From Bacteroidia bacterium (GTDB lineage Bacteria; Bacteroidota; Bacteroidia; M30B66): a stretch of 64,000 nucleotides of DNA. The stretch is from NCBI GenBank assembly GCA_965279035.1, contig OZ257142.1, forward strand, positions 2,720,001 to 2,784,000. Direction: 5' to 3'. This document shows positions 16,764 through 26,058 of this stretch, one piece after another; the stretch's first letter is position 1; every line of letters starts with the position of its first letter. A model generated the notes under the pieces. The model saw nothing but the letters and a program-made list of their open reading frames with translations, did no database searches and was not told the DNA's origin. The position numbers were made by a program, and so were the translations under genes.

Positions 16764-19076
16764 ATGATGAAACGTTTCCTTTTCTTTTTATTGGCATTGG
16801 TATGTGTGGGCGGCACTATGCAGGCTCAAACATTAAATGAGGAAGATCAATATAAATTGGATCATCCAACAGTTATTCCGACAATGAACAATGCTCAACG
16901 CTCTGGTGAACCGGGATCGGATTGTGAATATGCTCTTCCACTAACAAGTGGACAATTTTACTTTTTGCCTACTGTAAATTCCAGTTTGAATAACATTATC
17001 AATGGAGCTGCAAGTATGGGAACCAATCCAGTTCAGCTTCCCAACAATTGTTTAGCAACTGCACCAAATCAAACATGGTTCTCGTTTGCTGTTGAAGACA
17101 CAGGATATGTAGGAATTAACCTTATAGGTACATATGATTATGATTATTTGTTGATCGATGGAACCAATTTCCCTTGTGCTGAATTTGACACTTTTACCTA
17201 TGCATATCAATTCCCACCTGTATTGGGATGTAGCTATAGTGCATCACCAAACGAATATGTAAATGTTGGTTGTTTGCCGGGAAGAACCTATTATTTGATC
17301 ATTACCAATTTTTCAAATATGCCAGATCCTTTTCAACTTATTGTTGGAGGAAGTGTAGGTATTATCCCAATTAATAGCAGTGTAGTAAGTGGAAAAGTCT
17401 ATGCCGATTTAAATAATAATTGTGTGTATGATACTGGCGATACACCAATTTCAAACGCTCAGGTAGTTTATCAAGGAACCATTTTATATGATATTACTGA
17501 CCTAAATGGAGATTATTCTCTTTTAGTTCCAGCGAGTTCAACAGGAAATATACAAGTGAGTAATGGTAATCTATCTCCATTGCTTTGGCAAAACAACTGT
17601 TCTGAACAACAACCTATTTTCGCTCTTGATTTTGGAGGAGGCTCAACAATGACGGCAGATGTGGCTTATTATAGCAGTATAAGTTGTGCTATTCCATCGG
17701 TGAGTACTTCAACCAGCTTTATGCGACGTTGTTTTACGAATACTCGTCAGGTTCAATATTGTAATCAAGGGACATTGCCTGTTGAAAATGCCGTTGTAAC
17801 ATTGACCTATGAGCCAGGAATTTATCCTGTGTATTTTTCTGCAGCGTATACTCAAAATGGAAATGAATACAGTTTTTCTATTGATACAATTCCAGTAGGT
17901 GGTTGTGGTAGTTTTTATGTGATTGATTCGGTTGGATGTGAAAATGGTATTGGAAGCTATGCCTTGGTTGAAGCACGAATTACACCTATTCCAACCTGTG
18001 TTTTATTGCCAGTAGATTGGGATCAATCAGACTTGGAAGTTCACGCTATTTGTAGCGATAGCATCAATGCAACATTCACAGTAAGCAATACTGGTAATGC
18101 AAATATGTCGACTGCGATGCCATACGAAATTCGAAGAAATAATATATTAGAAAGTGCAGGGACAATCCAATTAAATGCTGGGGCATCACAAAGTTTCAAT
18201 GTTGCAAACGACAATGATATGGTGATGTTGAAAGTATATGAAACCGATGGAAATCCTTTCAATACTATCGCTTGGGGATTTAGTGATTGTCATAGTGCTT
18301 TGAATTTTGGTGGCACATCTCCAAGTTTAGCCATAAATGACCTACAACCTTGGTTAGATCAAGACATTGAAGTAATCATTGGTTCATTTGATCCAAACGA
18401 TAAATTTGCTTGGCCTTTTGGTGAAGGAAACACATCGAAAATAGATCGTTTAGACGATTTAGAATACCGAATTCGTTTTCAAAATACAGGGAATGATACT
18501 GCATTTACTATTGTCGTTGTTGATACCTTGAGTGATCTTTTAGATCCGACTTCAATTCGAATTACAGGAAATAGTCATCCGTATATTTATGAGGTTAATG
18601 GGAATGTTGTAACCTTTACTTTCCCGAATATCGAGCTACCAGATTCATCCACGAATATGGCTGGAAGTATTGGATATATCCGATTTAATGTTGCTCAGCA
18701 AGTTGGCAATCCTGCCAATTATGAGATTGATAATTTTGCTGATATTTATTTTGATTTTAATCCTCCAATTCGCACCAATACAGCCATTCGTACTGTTGGA
18801 GATATTGCTTTGGGTATTTCTACAGCTTCAAATGATAAGCTCCTTGCCTACCCTATTCCAGCAAAAGATTTGGCGACATTTGTATTACCTGAATCATGGA
18901 CCAACAATTACTATTCGTTGACTTTGTTTGATATGATGGGAAAAAGAATGCAATCTCAATTAGGTAAAGGCAGGAATTGCTCAACACTTGTTTCTAAGCT
19001 TTCAAGTGGAATGTATTTAGTTGTTTTTCAATCGAAAGATGGAAAGATTGCTCGCACAACGATTATAGTGGAATAA
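16764..19076 (+). CDS. T9SS cargo protein with GSFDPNDK/FQNTGND Ig-like domain
   Basis: Signal peptide MMKRFLFFLLALVCVGG; SGKVYADLNNNC; GSFDPNDK...YRIRFQNTGNDTA...IYFDFNPPIRTN; AYPIPA...GMYLVV sorting domain. Confidence 0.85.
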   Translation: MMKRFLFFLLALVCVGGTMQAQTLNEEDQYKLDHPTVIPTMNNAQRSGEPGSDCEYALPLTSGQFYFLPTVNSSLNNIINGAASMGTNPVQLPNNCLATAPNQTWFSFAVEDTGYVGINLIGTYDYDYLLIDGTNFPCAEFDTFTYAYQFPPVLGCSYSASPNEYVNVGCLPGRTYYLIITNFSNMPDPFQLIVGGSVGIIPINSSVVSGKVYADLNNNCVYDTGDTPISNAQVVYQGTILYDITDLNGDYSLLVPASSTGNIQVSNGNLSPLLWQNNCSEQQPIFALDFGGGSTMTADVAYYSSISCAIPSVSTSTSFMRRCFTNTRQVQYCNQGTLPVENAVVTLTYEPGIYPVYFSAAYTQNGNEYSFSIDTIPVGGCGSFYVIDSVGCENGIGSYALVEARITPIPTCVLLPVDWDQSDLEVHAICSDSINATFTVSNTGNANMSTAMPYEIRRNNILESAGTIQLNAGASQSFNVANDNDMVMLKVYETDGNPFNTIAWGFSDCHSALNFGGTSPSLAINDLQPWLDQDIEVIIGSFDPNDKFAWPFGEGNTSKIDRLDDLEYRIRFQNTGNDTAFTIVVVDTLSDLLDPTSIRITGNSHPYIYEVNGNVVTFTFPNIELPDSSTNMAGSIGYIRFNVAQQVGNPANYEIDNFADIYFDFNPPIRTNTAIRTVGDIALGISTASNDKLLAYPIPAKDLATFVLPESWTNNYYSLTLFDMMGKRMQSQLGKGRNCSTLVSKLSSGMYLVVFQSKDGKIARTTIIVE

Positions 19077-19098
19077 AGAAAATAATCTTCCAAAAACA

Positions 19099-19132
19099 GA
19101 GACCGTTTGGCATAGGCTAGACGGTCTTTTTT
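19099..19132 (+). terminator. Rho-independent terminator
   Basis: agaccgtttggc/gctagacggtct stem followed by a T-tract, downstream of the stop at 19076. Confidence 0.75.
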
Positions 19133-19231
19133 GTTAAAATATTCGTATTAATTTTCAATGGCGTGTTCTATTTTGGGAAAGCCCCAAGAATGAACTATTA
19201 TTTATTTTATATTTAATTGATTATATCGACT

Positions 19232-20602
19232 CACACCCGTCCAAGACGTTTTAAAATAGGGTAAAAAAATAGAGTTGGTCCGGATTAAATCCGGTATGTT
19301 TGAGTTACGACACAAAAACATAAACCAACTCCGGCATGAAGATCACATTATTTGCTCAGATATTCCAAAAAATTAAGCGAGATTCTTTCAATAAACTAGT
19401 AGAAAAGTTTGAGTCCAATAAACATTGTAAAGGCAATGATGCTTGGTCTCACTTTGTGACAATGGTTTTTTGCCAGTTTTCCAAGTCTAATAGCTTAAAT
19501 GACGTTTGCAATGGAATGCGATCAGCAACAGGCGATTTAAATCATCTGGGAGTGTCAAAAGCCATGAGGCGATCATCGTTGGCATATAATAACCAACATC
19601 GCAACTGGGAGCTGTTTCAAGCGATGTATTTTAACTTGTATGAGCAGTTTGAATCAACCTTAAAAACAAGCCGAAAGCTGCTTCCCAAACGTAAAATCTA
19701 TCTGCTCGATTCAACCACGATTGACCTTTGTCTTAAAGTGTTCGACTGGGCACTATTTCGAAAGAAGAAGGGAGCTATAAAACTTCACACAGTCCTTGAC
19801 TTTGACGGCTGTATGCCCGTTTTTGCTGATTTGAGTGATGGCAAAAAGCACGATGTAAATGCAGCACATGATATTGAATTTCCCACAGGAAGCATTGTTG
19901 TAGCTGATAGAGGATATGTCGATTTTAACTGGATGAGAAAATTAGATGAACAAGGAGTATTCTTTGTTATTCGAGGAAAAGAAAACATTCAGTTTGAACT
20001 TTATGAGCGAACTAAGAGCCCAACCGATGAAGCAAATCCAGACTTGCAATACGACTGGAAAGGCTTTTTGAGTTTACCTCAATCAAAAGAAAAATACCCG
20101 CAAAAGCTCCGAATGGTTCAGATCTGGGATGAAGAACAACAGATATATCTTGAACTTCTTACAAACAATTTTTCTTGGACAGCATCGACCATTTCAGAAC
20201 TATATAAACGTAGATGGAGCATCGAATCGTTCTTCAAGGAGATCAAAACACACCTGAAAATCAAGTCTTTCATAGGAACCAGCATGAATGCTGTTCTGAT
20301 ACAGATTTGGACAGCACTAATCACCATACTGCTTTTAAAGACACTTCAAAAGGAAGCAAAACACTCTTGGCACCTCTCAAATTTGGTGTCCTTTATTCGA
20401 TTAAATCTCTTTGTGAAAATTGACCTCAAAAAATGGCTTGATAAACCCTTTTTAGATGATGACGAAATTGATAAACTGGAATTACAAATGTCCCTTTTTT
20501 AAATTATAGAGGGTTTAATTTTCAAAAGAGCGTTCTTTGATGAGTAATCTCGCATCAAATCAGGATTGTATTTTCGTTATACAAACGTCTTGGACGGGTG
20601 TG
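19232..20602 (+). mobile_element. IS4-family insertion sequence, copy 1 (1371 bp)
   Basis: Perfect 20-bp terminal inverted repeats CACACCCGTCCAAGACGTTT; 9-bp target duplication ATATCGACT at 19223-19231 and 20603-20611. Confidence 0.95.
19336..20502 (+). CDS. IS4-family DDE transposase
   Basis: LLDSTTI, VADRGY and YKRRWSIESFFKEIK (YREK motif); DUF4372-like N terminus. Confidence 0.95.
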   Translation: MKITLFAQIFQKIKRDSFNKLVEKFESNKHCKGNDAWSHFVTMVFCQFSKSNSLNDVCNGMRSATGDLNHLGVSKAMRRSSLAYNNQHRNWELFQAMYFNLYEQFESTLKTSRKLLPKRKIYLLDSTTIDLCLKVFDWALFRKKKGAIKLHTVLDFDGCMPVFADLSDGKKHDVNAAHDIEFPTGSIVVADRGYVDFNWMRKLDEQGVFFVIRGKENIQFELYERTKSPTDEANPDLQYDWKGFLSLPQSKEKYPQKLRMVQIWDEEQQIYLELLTNNFSWTASTISELYKRRWSIESFFKEIKTHLKIKSFIGTSMNAVLIQIWTALITILLLKTLQKEAKHSWHLSNLVSFIRLNLFVKIDLKKWLDKPFLDDDEIDKLELQMSLF

Positions 20603-20636
20603 ATATCGACTATGTTTTTTACGAATATCATTTAAT

Positions 20637-22379
20637 ATGAAAAATTTCTATTTAGTCATTTTCACACTATTATCACTTAACACCCAAGCTCAACAATTGC
20701 AATGGGAAAAGGTGATACAGAAAGGCTGGGAGCATGAAATATTATCACAATTTCAATTAGATAATGGAAAAGTTGTATTGCATGCATTGACGCATGCATC
20801 CGGATCAAAAGTTAAAGACAATGAACTCATTCATATAGATTGGGATGGTACTTATTCAGATAGTGCCTATTGGTTTGTAGAACGTTGGACAAAACTTTCT
20901 CAGTCAAATAATGAACCTGAAAAGCTCATTGGAGTTGGTAATTCAGAATATGTATGTGCAATGGATGTTGTTCTCCCTTGGGGCTATTGGGATTTCAATA
21001 TTTTGAATGCCGACACCAAGGAATTATTAAATCAAGCTGATCCACGTCAGTATTATTCAGAACATAATTTGTTTATCGACTATACTGAATACCCATTTTG
21101 TGATGGTGCTTTTATGAGTTCAACTGGAAGTTGGATTGCTATTGGTGATACTATGTTCCAACGGGTTCATGGTGTCCAATATGAATGCAATGCTTTTCTG
21201 GATACACTTCCAATTTCACTACTCTGTTTATTTCCTTTTCAGGAAGATTTAGGCTTAGCATTTTCACAACATGCAGTTTATTCACTCGATACCAATGCGA
21301 ATATGAGTGAAATAAATGCATTTAATTTTACAATTGATTCTGTTACAACAACCTATTCAGATACAAACTATTTACTGATTTGCCCAGATACATTTCGTAT
21401 TAGTGATCAATCGGGAAACATCCTGGATCAGCTTGCTAGAGTCGATTTAATAGATTCGATCTATCAAGTAAGTTATAAAGAAAATCAGTTTTGGGTATTA
21501 GGTGAATTGAATAATTCCGTGGTTCTAAATTCGTATGAAAATGGTCTCTTTATTTCATCATTTCCAATTGATACTAGTAAAGCTCAATTTATACGTTTTG
21601 CTTTGAATCCCAATAATCAACAATTCATGCTCATTGGGTATGAGTCGGCAGTTATTAATAAACATCTTTTAATGCAGGTATATGATATAAATGCGCCTTC
21701 AATTGTTAAATCTAATGAGAATATTGCTTTAACGGGTGTTGATATGATTAGTGTAACTCCCTCGTATTGTGGAAATCCATTTTTACATGCTTATTTATAT
21801 TATATTCAATATGATATAACCATAGAGAATCGATCTGATTCAGTCATTCAATCATTATTCATAAACAGTCAATGGGAGCCATCTTGGATAAATGTTTATG
21901 GCTGCAATCTATATTGCTACGATTATCAAAAAACACTGAATAAATCCAATTTAAATCTTGCTCCAGGTGCAAGCGCTATACTGCCTTTTAGCATTGTTGT
22001 TAGTAGTTCTTTATCGCCATTACCAATTTGCTTTTGGACAAGCACTCCGAATGGCCAGCCGGATCGTGATCCAAGCGATGATCAAATTTGTTTTGACATT
22101 CCACTAGGACTAGATGAAATCAATTTAGAAAATAATGAGATCAGGGCTTATCCAAATCCAACACAGGATATCACACATTTTATTTTTCCTGAAAATTGGA
22201 CAAACAAGAAAATTGACTATTGCATTTCGGATTTAACGGGTAGAAAATTAGAAATGAATCAATGCGTTGGTCAATCATTAACGCTTAGTACAGCTCATCT
22301 AAAAGAAGGCTTGTATTTCGTTGTATTTAAAATGGATGATGGGAAAAGAGCAACAATTCCTTTAATGGTATTGAAATAA
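20637..22379 (+). CDS. T9SS cargo protein of unknown function
   Basis: Signal peptide MKNFYLVIFTLLSLNTQA; ICFWTSTPNGQPD...DDQIC Ig-like segment; AYPNPT...GLYFVV sorting domain. Confidence 0.8.
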   Translation: MKNFYLVIFTLLSLNTQAQQLQWEKVIQKGWEHEILSQFQLDNGKVVLHALTHASGSKVKDNELIHIDWDGTYSDSAYWFVERWTKLSQSNNEPEKLIGVGNSEYVCAMDVVLPWGYWDFNILNADTKELLNQADPRQYYSEHNLFIDYTEYPFCDGAFMSSTGSWIAIGDTMFQRVHGVQYECNAFLDTLPISLLCLFPFQEDLGLAFSQHAVYSLDTNANMSEINAFNFTIDSVTTTYSDTNYLLICPDTFRISDQSGNILDQLARVDLIDSIYQVSYKENQFWVLGELNNSVVLNSYENGLFISSFPIDTSKAQFIRFALNPNNQQFMLIGYESAVINKHLLMQVYDINAPSIVKSNENIALTGVDMISVTPSYCGNPFLHAYLYYIQYDITIENRSDSVIQSLFINSQWEPSWINVYGCNLYCYDYQKTLNKSNLNLAPGASAILPFSIVVSSSLSPLPICFWTSTPNGQPDRDPSDDQICFDIPLGLDEINLENNEIRAYPNPTQDITHFIFPENWTNKKIDYCISDLTGRKLEMNQCVGQSLTLSTAHLKEGLYFVVFKMDDGKRATIPLMVLK

Positions 22380-22386
22380 TTAAAAT

Positions 22387-22419
22387 AAAAAGGGCATCTG
22401 CTTTCACAAATGCCCCTTA
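22387..22419. terminator. Probable bidirectional terminator between convergent T9SS genes
   Basis: Imperfect stem aagggcat...atgcccctt flanked by an A-run, between the stops at 22379 and 22436. Confidence 0.55.
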
Positions 22420-22435
22420 ATTGAATGAATTAGCA

Positions 22436-23772
22436 TCAATGTTTTACTACAAATTTTGAATACTTAGTTGCATCAACAGAAATCAAATACATGCCATCTT
22501 GCAATTGATTTACTGGAATTTGGAATGAAGTATTTCCGTTGGAGTTTAATCGTAACAAGGTTTTTCCAGATAAATCGTTGATGGAAATTGAATGATTAAA
22601 ATGATCAAGTTGAAGCTGAATAAAATTACTAGCTGGATTTGGAAAAAGATCCAATGATTTATTTGGATTTTCATTTGGTATTGCAGTCAATATTGGATTA
22701 GAACGCATACGAAGAGCGTTTTTACAATCGCCGAAATTGCGCATTAAATCGAAATACATTCCATCGTTATAATTGAGAATTGGATTTGAAACGGTTGTTC
22801 CAGTATGAATGTCCACGCCTAATAATTGATCACCATTACTGAAATAATAGGTGTCGGTTGAAGGATCGATGGTTGCACCTGCATTGAGTGAATATCCACC
22901 AGATACAATTGAAGCAGGTGAAATAATCGTAACGTTTCCAGTAGCTATATCAATTTTACCTAAGCGAACAGTTGCAGAATCCAAAAATTGGGTAGGAAAA
23001 CCTAAAATGGAATCAAATTCTGTAGAGAAATAATTTTTCCGAACTAATCCATAAAGGGAGGTATCTGAGCAACTGTATGTGAAATTATCGAAGATTATTC
23101 CATCGAGATCTTGAATAGGAACATTGTTGTAAACTTCTCCGGTGTACAAATCCAAACCGATTAAATTGGAACCTATAGAGAAATAATATACCATTTCGTA
23201 AGGATTAATGGCGCTACCTGCAAGTGCATACCCTTGAGCAACAGAATTAGGTGAAATTTGAGTAATGACGCCTGTTGTTGTATTGATTTTAGCTAAATAC
23301 ACTTCACCATTTGTTTCAGAAGTAATTGGATCGGTGTAAAAACGACGAGCTAAACCGTAGAGTGTAGAATCAGAATTGTTGAACCGAAAATTCTCGAAAT
23401 AGCTTTCTGCAATTGGATTAGAAATAGTTACCCGATTCAGAATTTCTCCGTCGGTTAGAGAAATGACTAGCATTTGAGTTGAGCCCATAAAAATATAGGT
23501 GCTATCGTATGGATTAAAGCTGCGCCTGTTAAATTAACAGCTTCATTCATTTGCTCCGGTCCAATGCTGGTAACTAAACCAGTAGCATGATCGACTTTAC
23601 CAAGGCGAATGCTTGACGAATCGAGTTGCTGATAAATAATTGAGGAATCAATTGGATTGATCACATCGCTGAAATAATTCTTGCGAACAACTCCGAATGT
23701 AGTTCCATTAATTTGTGAATAGGCTGATGAAAATAGGGCAATACAGAATGAAAGCAGGTAGATTTTTTTCAT
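22436..23772 (-). pseudogene. T9SS beta-propeller cargo gene split by a 1-bp frameshift at ~23514
   Basis: ORF 23467-23772 carries the signal peptide (MKKIYLLSF) and ORF 22436-23488 carries the CTD (LFPNPA...GMYLI). Adding one A in gctttaatcca restores GAALNPYDSTYIFMGSTQ, matching downstream repeats GSAINPYEMVYYF and GATIDPSTDTYYF. Confidence 0.85.
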
Positions 23773-23918
23773 ATTGAATAAGGTAGAAATCAAATAACAA
23801 GGAAAATAATTAGTTGTTCAAAATAACGAAATTCAATTCATCAAAAGAATCTTCACAGGTAAAGAATGAAATTCTTCCATTACAAGAAACTAATTTAACT
23901 CAAACATTCAATTTATCT

Positions 23919-25289
23919 CACACCCGTCCAAGACGTTTTAAAATAGGGTAAAAAAATAGAGTTGGTCCGGATTAAATCCGGTATGTTTGAGTTACGACAC
24001 AAAAACATAAACCAACTCCGGCATGAAGATCACATTATTTGCTCAGATATTCCAAAAAATTAAGCGAGATTCTTTCAATAAACTAGTAGAAAAGTTTGAG
24101 TCCAATAAACATTGTAAAGGCAATGATGCTTGGTCTCACTTTGTGACAATGGTTTTTTGCCAGTTTTCCAAGTCTAATAGCTTAAATGACGTTTGCAATG
24201 GAATGCGATCAGCAACAGGCGATTTAAATCATCTGGGAGTGTCAAAAGCCATGAGGCGATCATCGTTGGCATATAATAACCAACATCGCAACTGGGAGCT
24301 GTTTCAAGCGATGTATTTTAACTTGTATGAGCAGTTTGAATCAACCTTAAAAACAAGCCGAAAGCTGCTTCCCAAACGTAAAATCTATCTGCTCGATTCA
24401 ACCACGATTGACCTTTGTCTTAAAGTGTTCGACTGGGCACTATTTCGAAAGAAGAAGGGAGCTATAAAACTTCACACAGTCCTTGACTTTGACGGCTGTA
24501 TGCCCGTTTTTGCTGATTTGAGTGATGGCAAAAAGCACGATGTAAATGCAGCACATGATATTGAATTTCCCACAGGAAGCATTGTTGTAGCTGATAGAGG
24601 ATATGTCGATTTTAACTGGATGAGAAAATTAGATGAACAAGGAGTATTCTTTGTTATTCGAGGAAAAGAAAACATTCAGTTTGAACTTTATGAGCGAACT
24701 AAGAGCCCAACCGATGAAGCAAATCCAGACTTGCAATACGACTGGAAAGGCTTTTTGAGTTTACCTCAATCAAAAGAAAAATACCCGCAAAAGCTCCGAA
24801 TGGTTCAGATCTGGGATGAAGAACAACAGATATATCTTGAACTTCTTACAAACAATTTTTCTTGGACAGCATCGACCATTTCAGAACTATATAAACGTAG
24901 ATGGAGCATCGAATCGTTCTTCAAGGAGATCAAAACACACCTGAAAATCAAGTCTTTCATAGGAACCAGCATGAATGCTGTTCTGATACAGATTTGGACA
25001 GCACTAATCACCATACTGCTTTTAAAGACACTTCAAAAGGAAGCAAAACACTCTTGGCACCTCTCAAATTTGGTGTCCTTTATTCGATTAAATCTCTTTG
25101 TGAAAATTGACCTCAAAAAATGGCTTGATAAACCCTTTTTAGATGATGACGAAATTGATAAACTGGAATTACAAATGTCCCTTTTTTAAATTATAGAGGG
25201 TTTAATTTTCAAAAGAGCGTTCTTTGATGAGTAATCTCGCATCAAATCAGGATTGTATTTTCGTTATACAAACGTCTTGGACGGGTGTG
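23919..25289 (+). mobile_element. IS4-family insertion sequence, copy 2 (1371 bp)
   Basis: Same 20-bp inverted repeats; its own 9-bp target duplication AATTTATCT at 23910-23918 and 25290-25298. Confidence 0.95.
24023..25189 (+). CDS. IS4-family DDE transposase (identical protein to 19336-20502)
   Basis: The 388-aa translation is identical to copy 1. Confidence 0.95.
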   Translation: MKITLFAQIFQKIKRDSFNKLVEKFESNKHCKGNDAWSHFVTMVFCQFSKSNSLNDVCNGMRSATGDLNHLGVSKAMRRSSLAYNNQHRNWELFQAMYFNLYEQFESTLKTSRKLLPKRKIYLLDSTTIDLCLKVFDWALFRKKKGAIKLHTVLDFDGCMPVFADLSDGKKHDVNAAHDIEFPTGSIVVADRGYVDFNWMRKLDEQGVFFVIRGKENIQFELYERTKSPTDEANPDLQYDWKGFLSLPQSKEKYPQKLRMVQIWDEEQQIYLELLTNNFSWTASTISELYKRRWSIESFFKEIKTHLKIKSFIGTSMNAVLIQIWTALITILLLKTLQKEAKHSWHLSNLVSFIRLNLFVKIDLKKWLDKPFLDDDEIDKLELQMSLF

Positions 25290-25296
25290 AATTTAT

Positions 25297-26052
25297 CTAT
25301 ACTTTAAATGAAAATCGCTTAAGGGTTTCCAATAATTCATCTTTGCGTCTACGTGCAACGGGTAAATGACTTCCATCTTGCATTACTACTTCTCCCCCTT
25401 CACCACGATGATATTCTTTTAAATGCTCCAAGTGAATAATATAAGAATGATGAACTCGGAAAAATAATTGAGTTGGTAAAATATCTTCAAATTCACGTAA
25501 TGTTTTAGATGATAATATTTTTTGTGTTAATGTGTGGATATAAGTATAGTTTCCATCAGCTGCTAAATACGTAATATCAGAGAAATTCAAAAATAATAAT
25601 CCTTGTCCGGTAGTTATAGCGAGTGTTTTAGGTATTTGCCCTTGTTGAAGATTCTTTAGTAAAAATTCTAATCGTTTGTCCTGAGATTGATTTGACAAAC
25701 TCGATTTAACTCGTTCAACAGCCGCTTTTAAATCATCTACATCAATGGGTTTTACTAAATAATCAATTGCACTGAAACGAATGGCTTGAATAGCATAATG
25801 ATCGTAGGCTGTAGTGAATATTACTTGAAAGGAACGATCTTTTACTTGTTCAAGGAAGGAAAATCCATTCATAAGAGGCATTTCAATATCTAGAAATACT
25901 AAATCAGGATTGAATTTTACGATAGCATCTAAACCTTCTTGCGCAGAATTGCACATGCACACTAACTCCACATCCTGACAATGCAATAAGATTTTATTCT
26001 GTAACGCTTCACGACTGGGACGTTCGTCGTCGATTAGTATAGCTTTAATCAT
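25297..26052 (-). CDS. LytTR-family response regulator
   Basis: REC domain (IDDE, FLDIEMP, FTTAY, YLVKP) plus LytTR domain (ADGNYT, FFRVHHSYII, LPVARRRK). Confidence 0.95.
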   Translation of the reverse strand: MIKAILIDDERPSREALQNKILLHCQDVELVCMCNSAQEGLDAIVKFNPDLVFLDIEMPLMNGFSFLEQVKDRSFQVIFTTAYDHYAIQAIRFSAIDYLVKPIDVDDLKAAVERVKSSLSNQSQDKRLEFLLKNLQQGQIPKTLAITTGQGLLFLNFSDITYLAADGNYTYIHTLTQKILSSKTLREFEDILPTQLFFRVHHSYIIHLEHLKEYHRGEGGEVVMQDGSHLPVARRRKDELLETLKRFSFKV

Positions 26053-26058
26053 GAATTT

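Noticed and set aside
23467-23520. Programmed frameshift or phase-variable tract
   Set aside because: The lesion is in a 2-3 base run with no slippery heptamer or long homopolymer.
19232-25289. Composite transposon carrying two T9SS genes
   Set aside because: Each IS has its own target duplication and the outer flanks differ (ATATCGACT versus AATTTATCT), so the block did not arrive as one unit.
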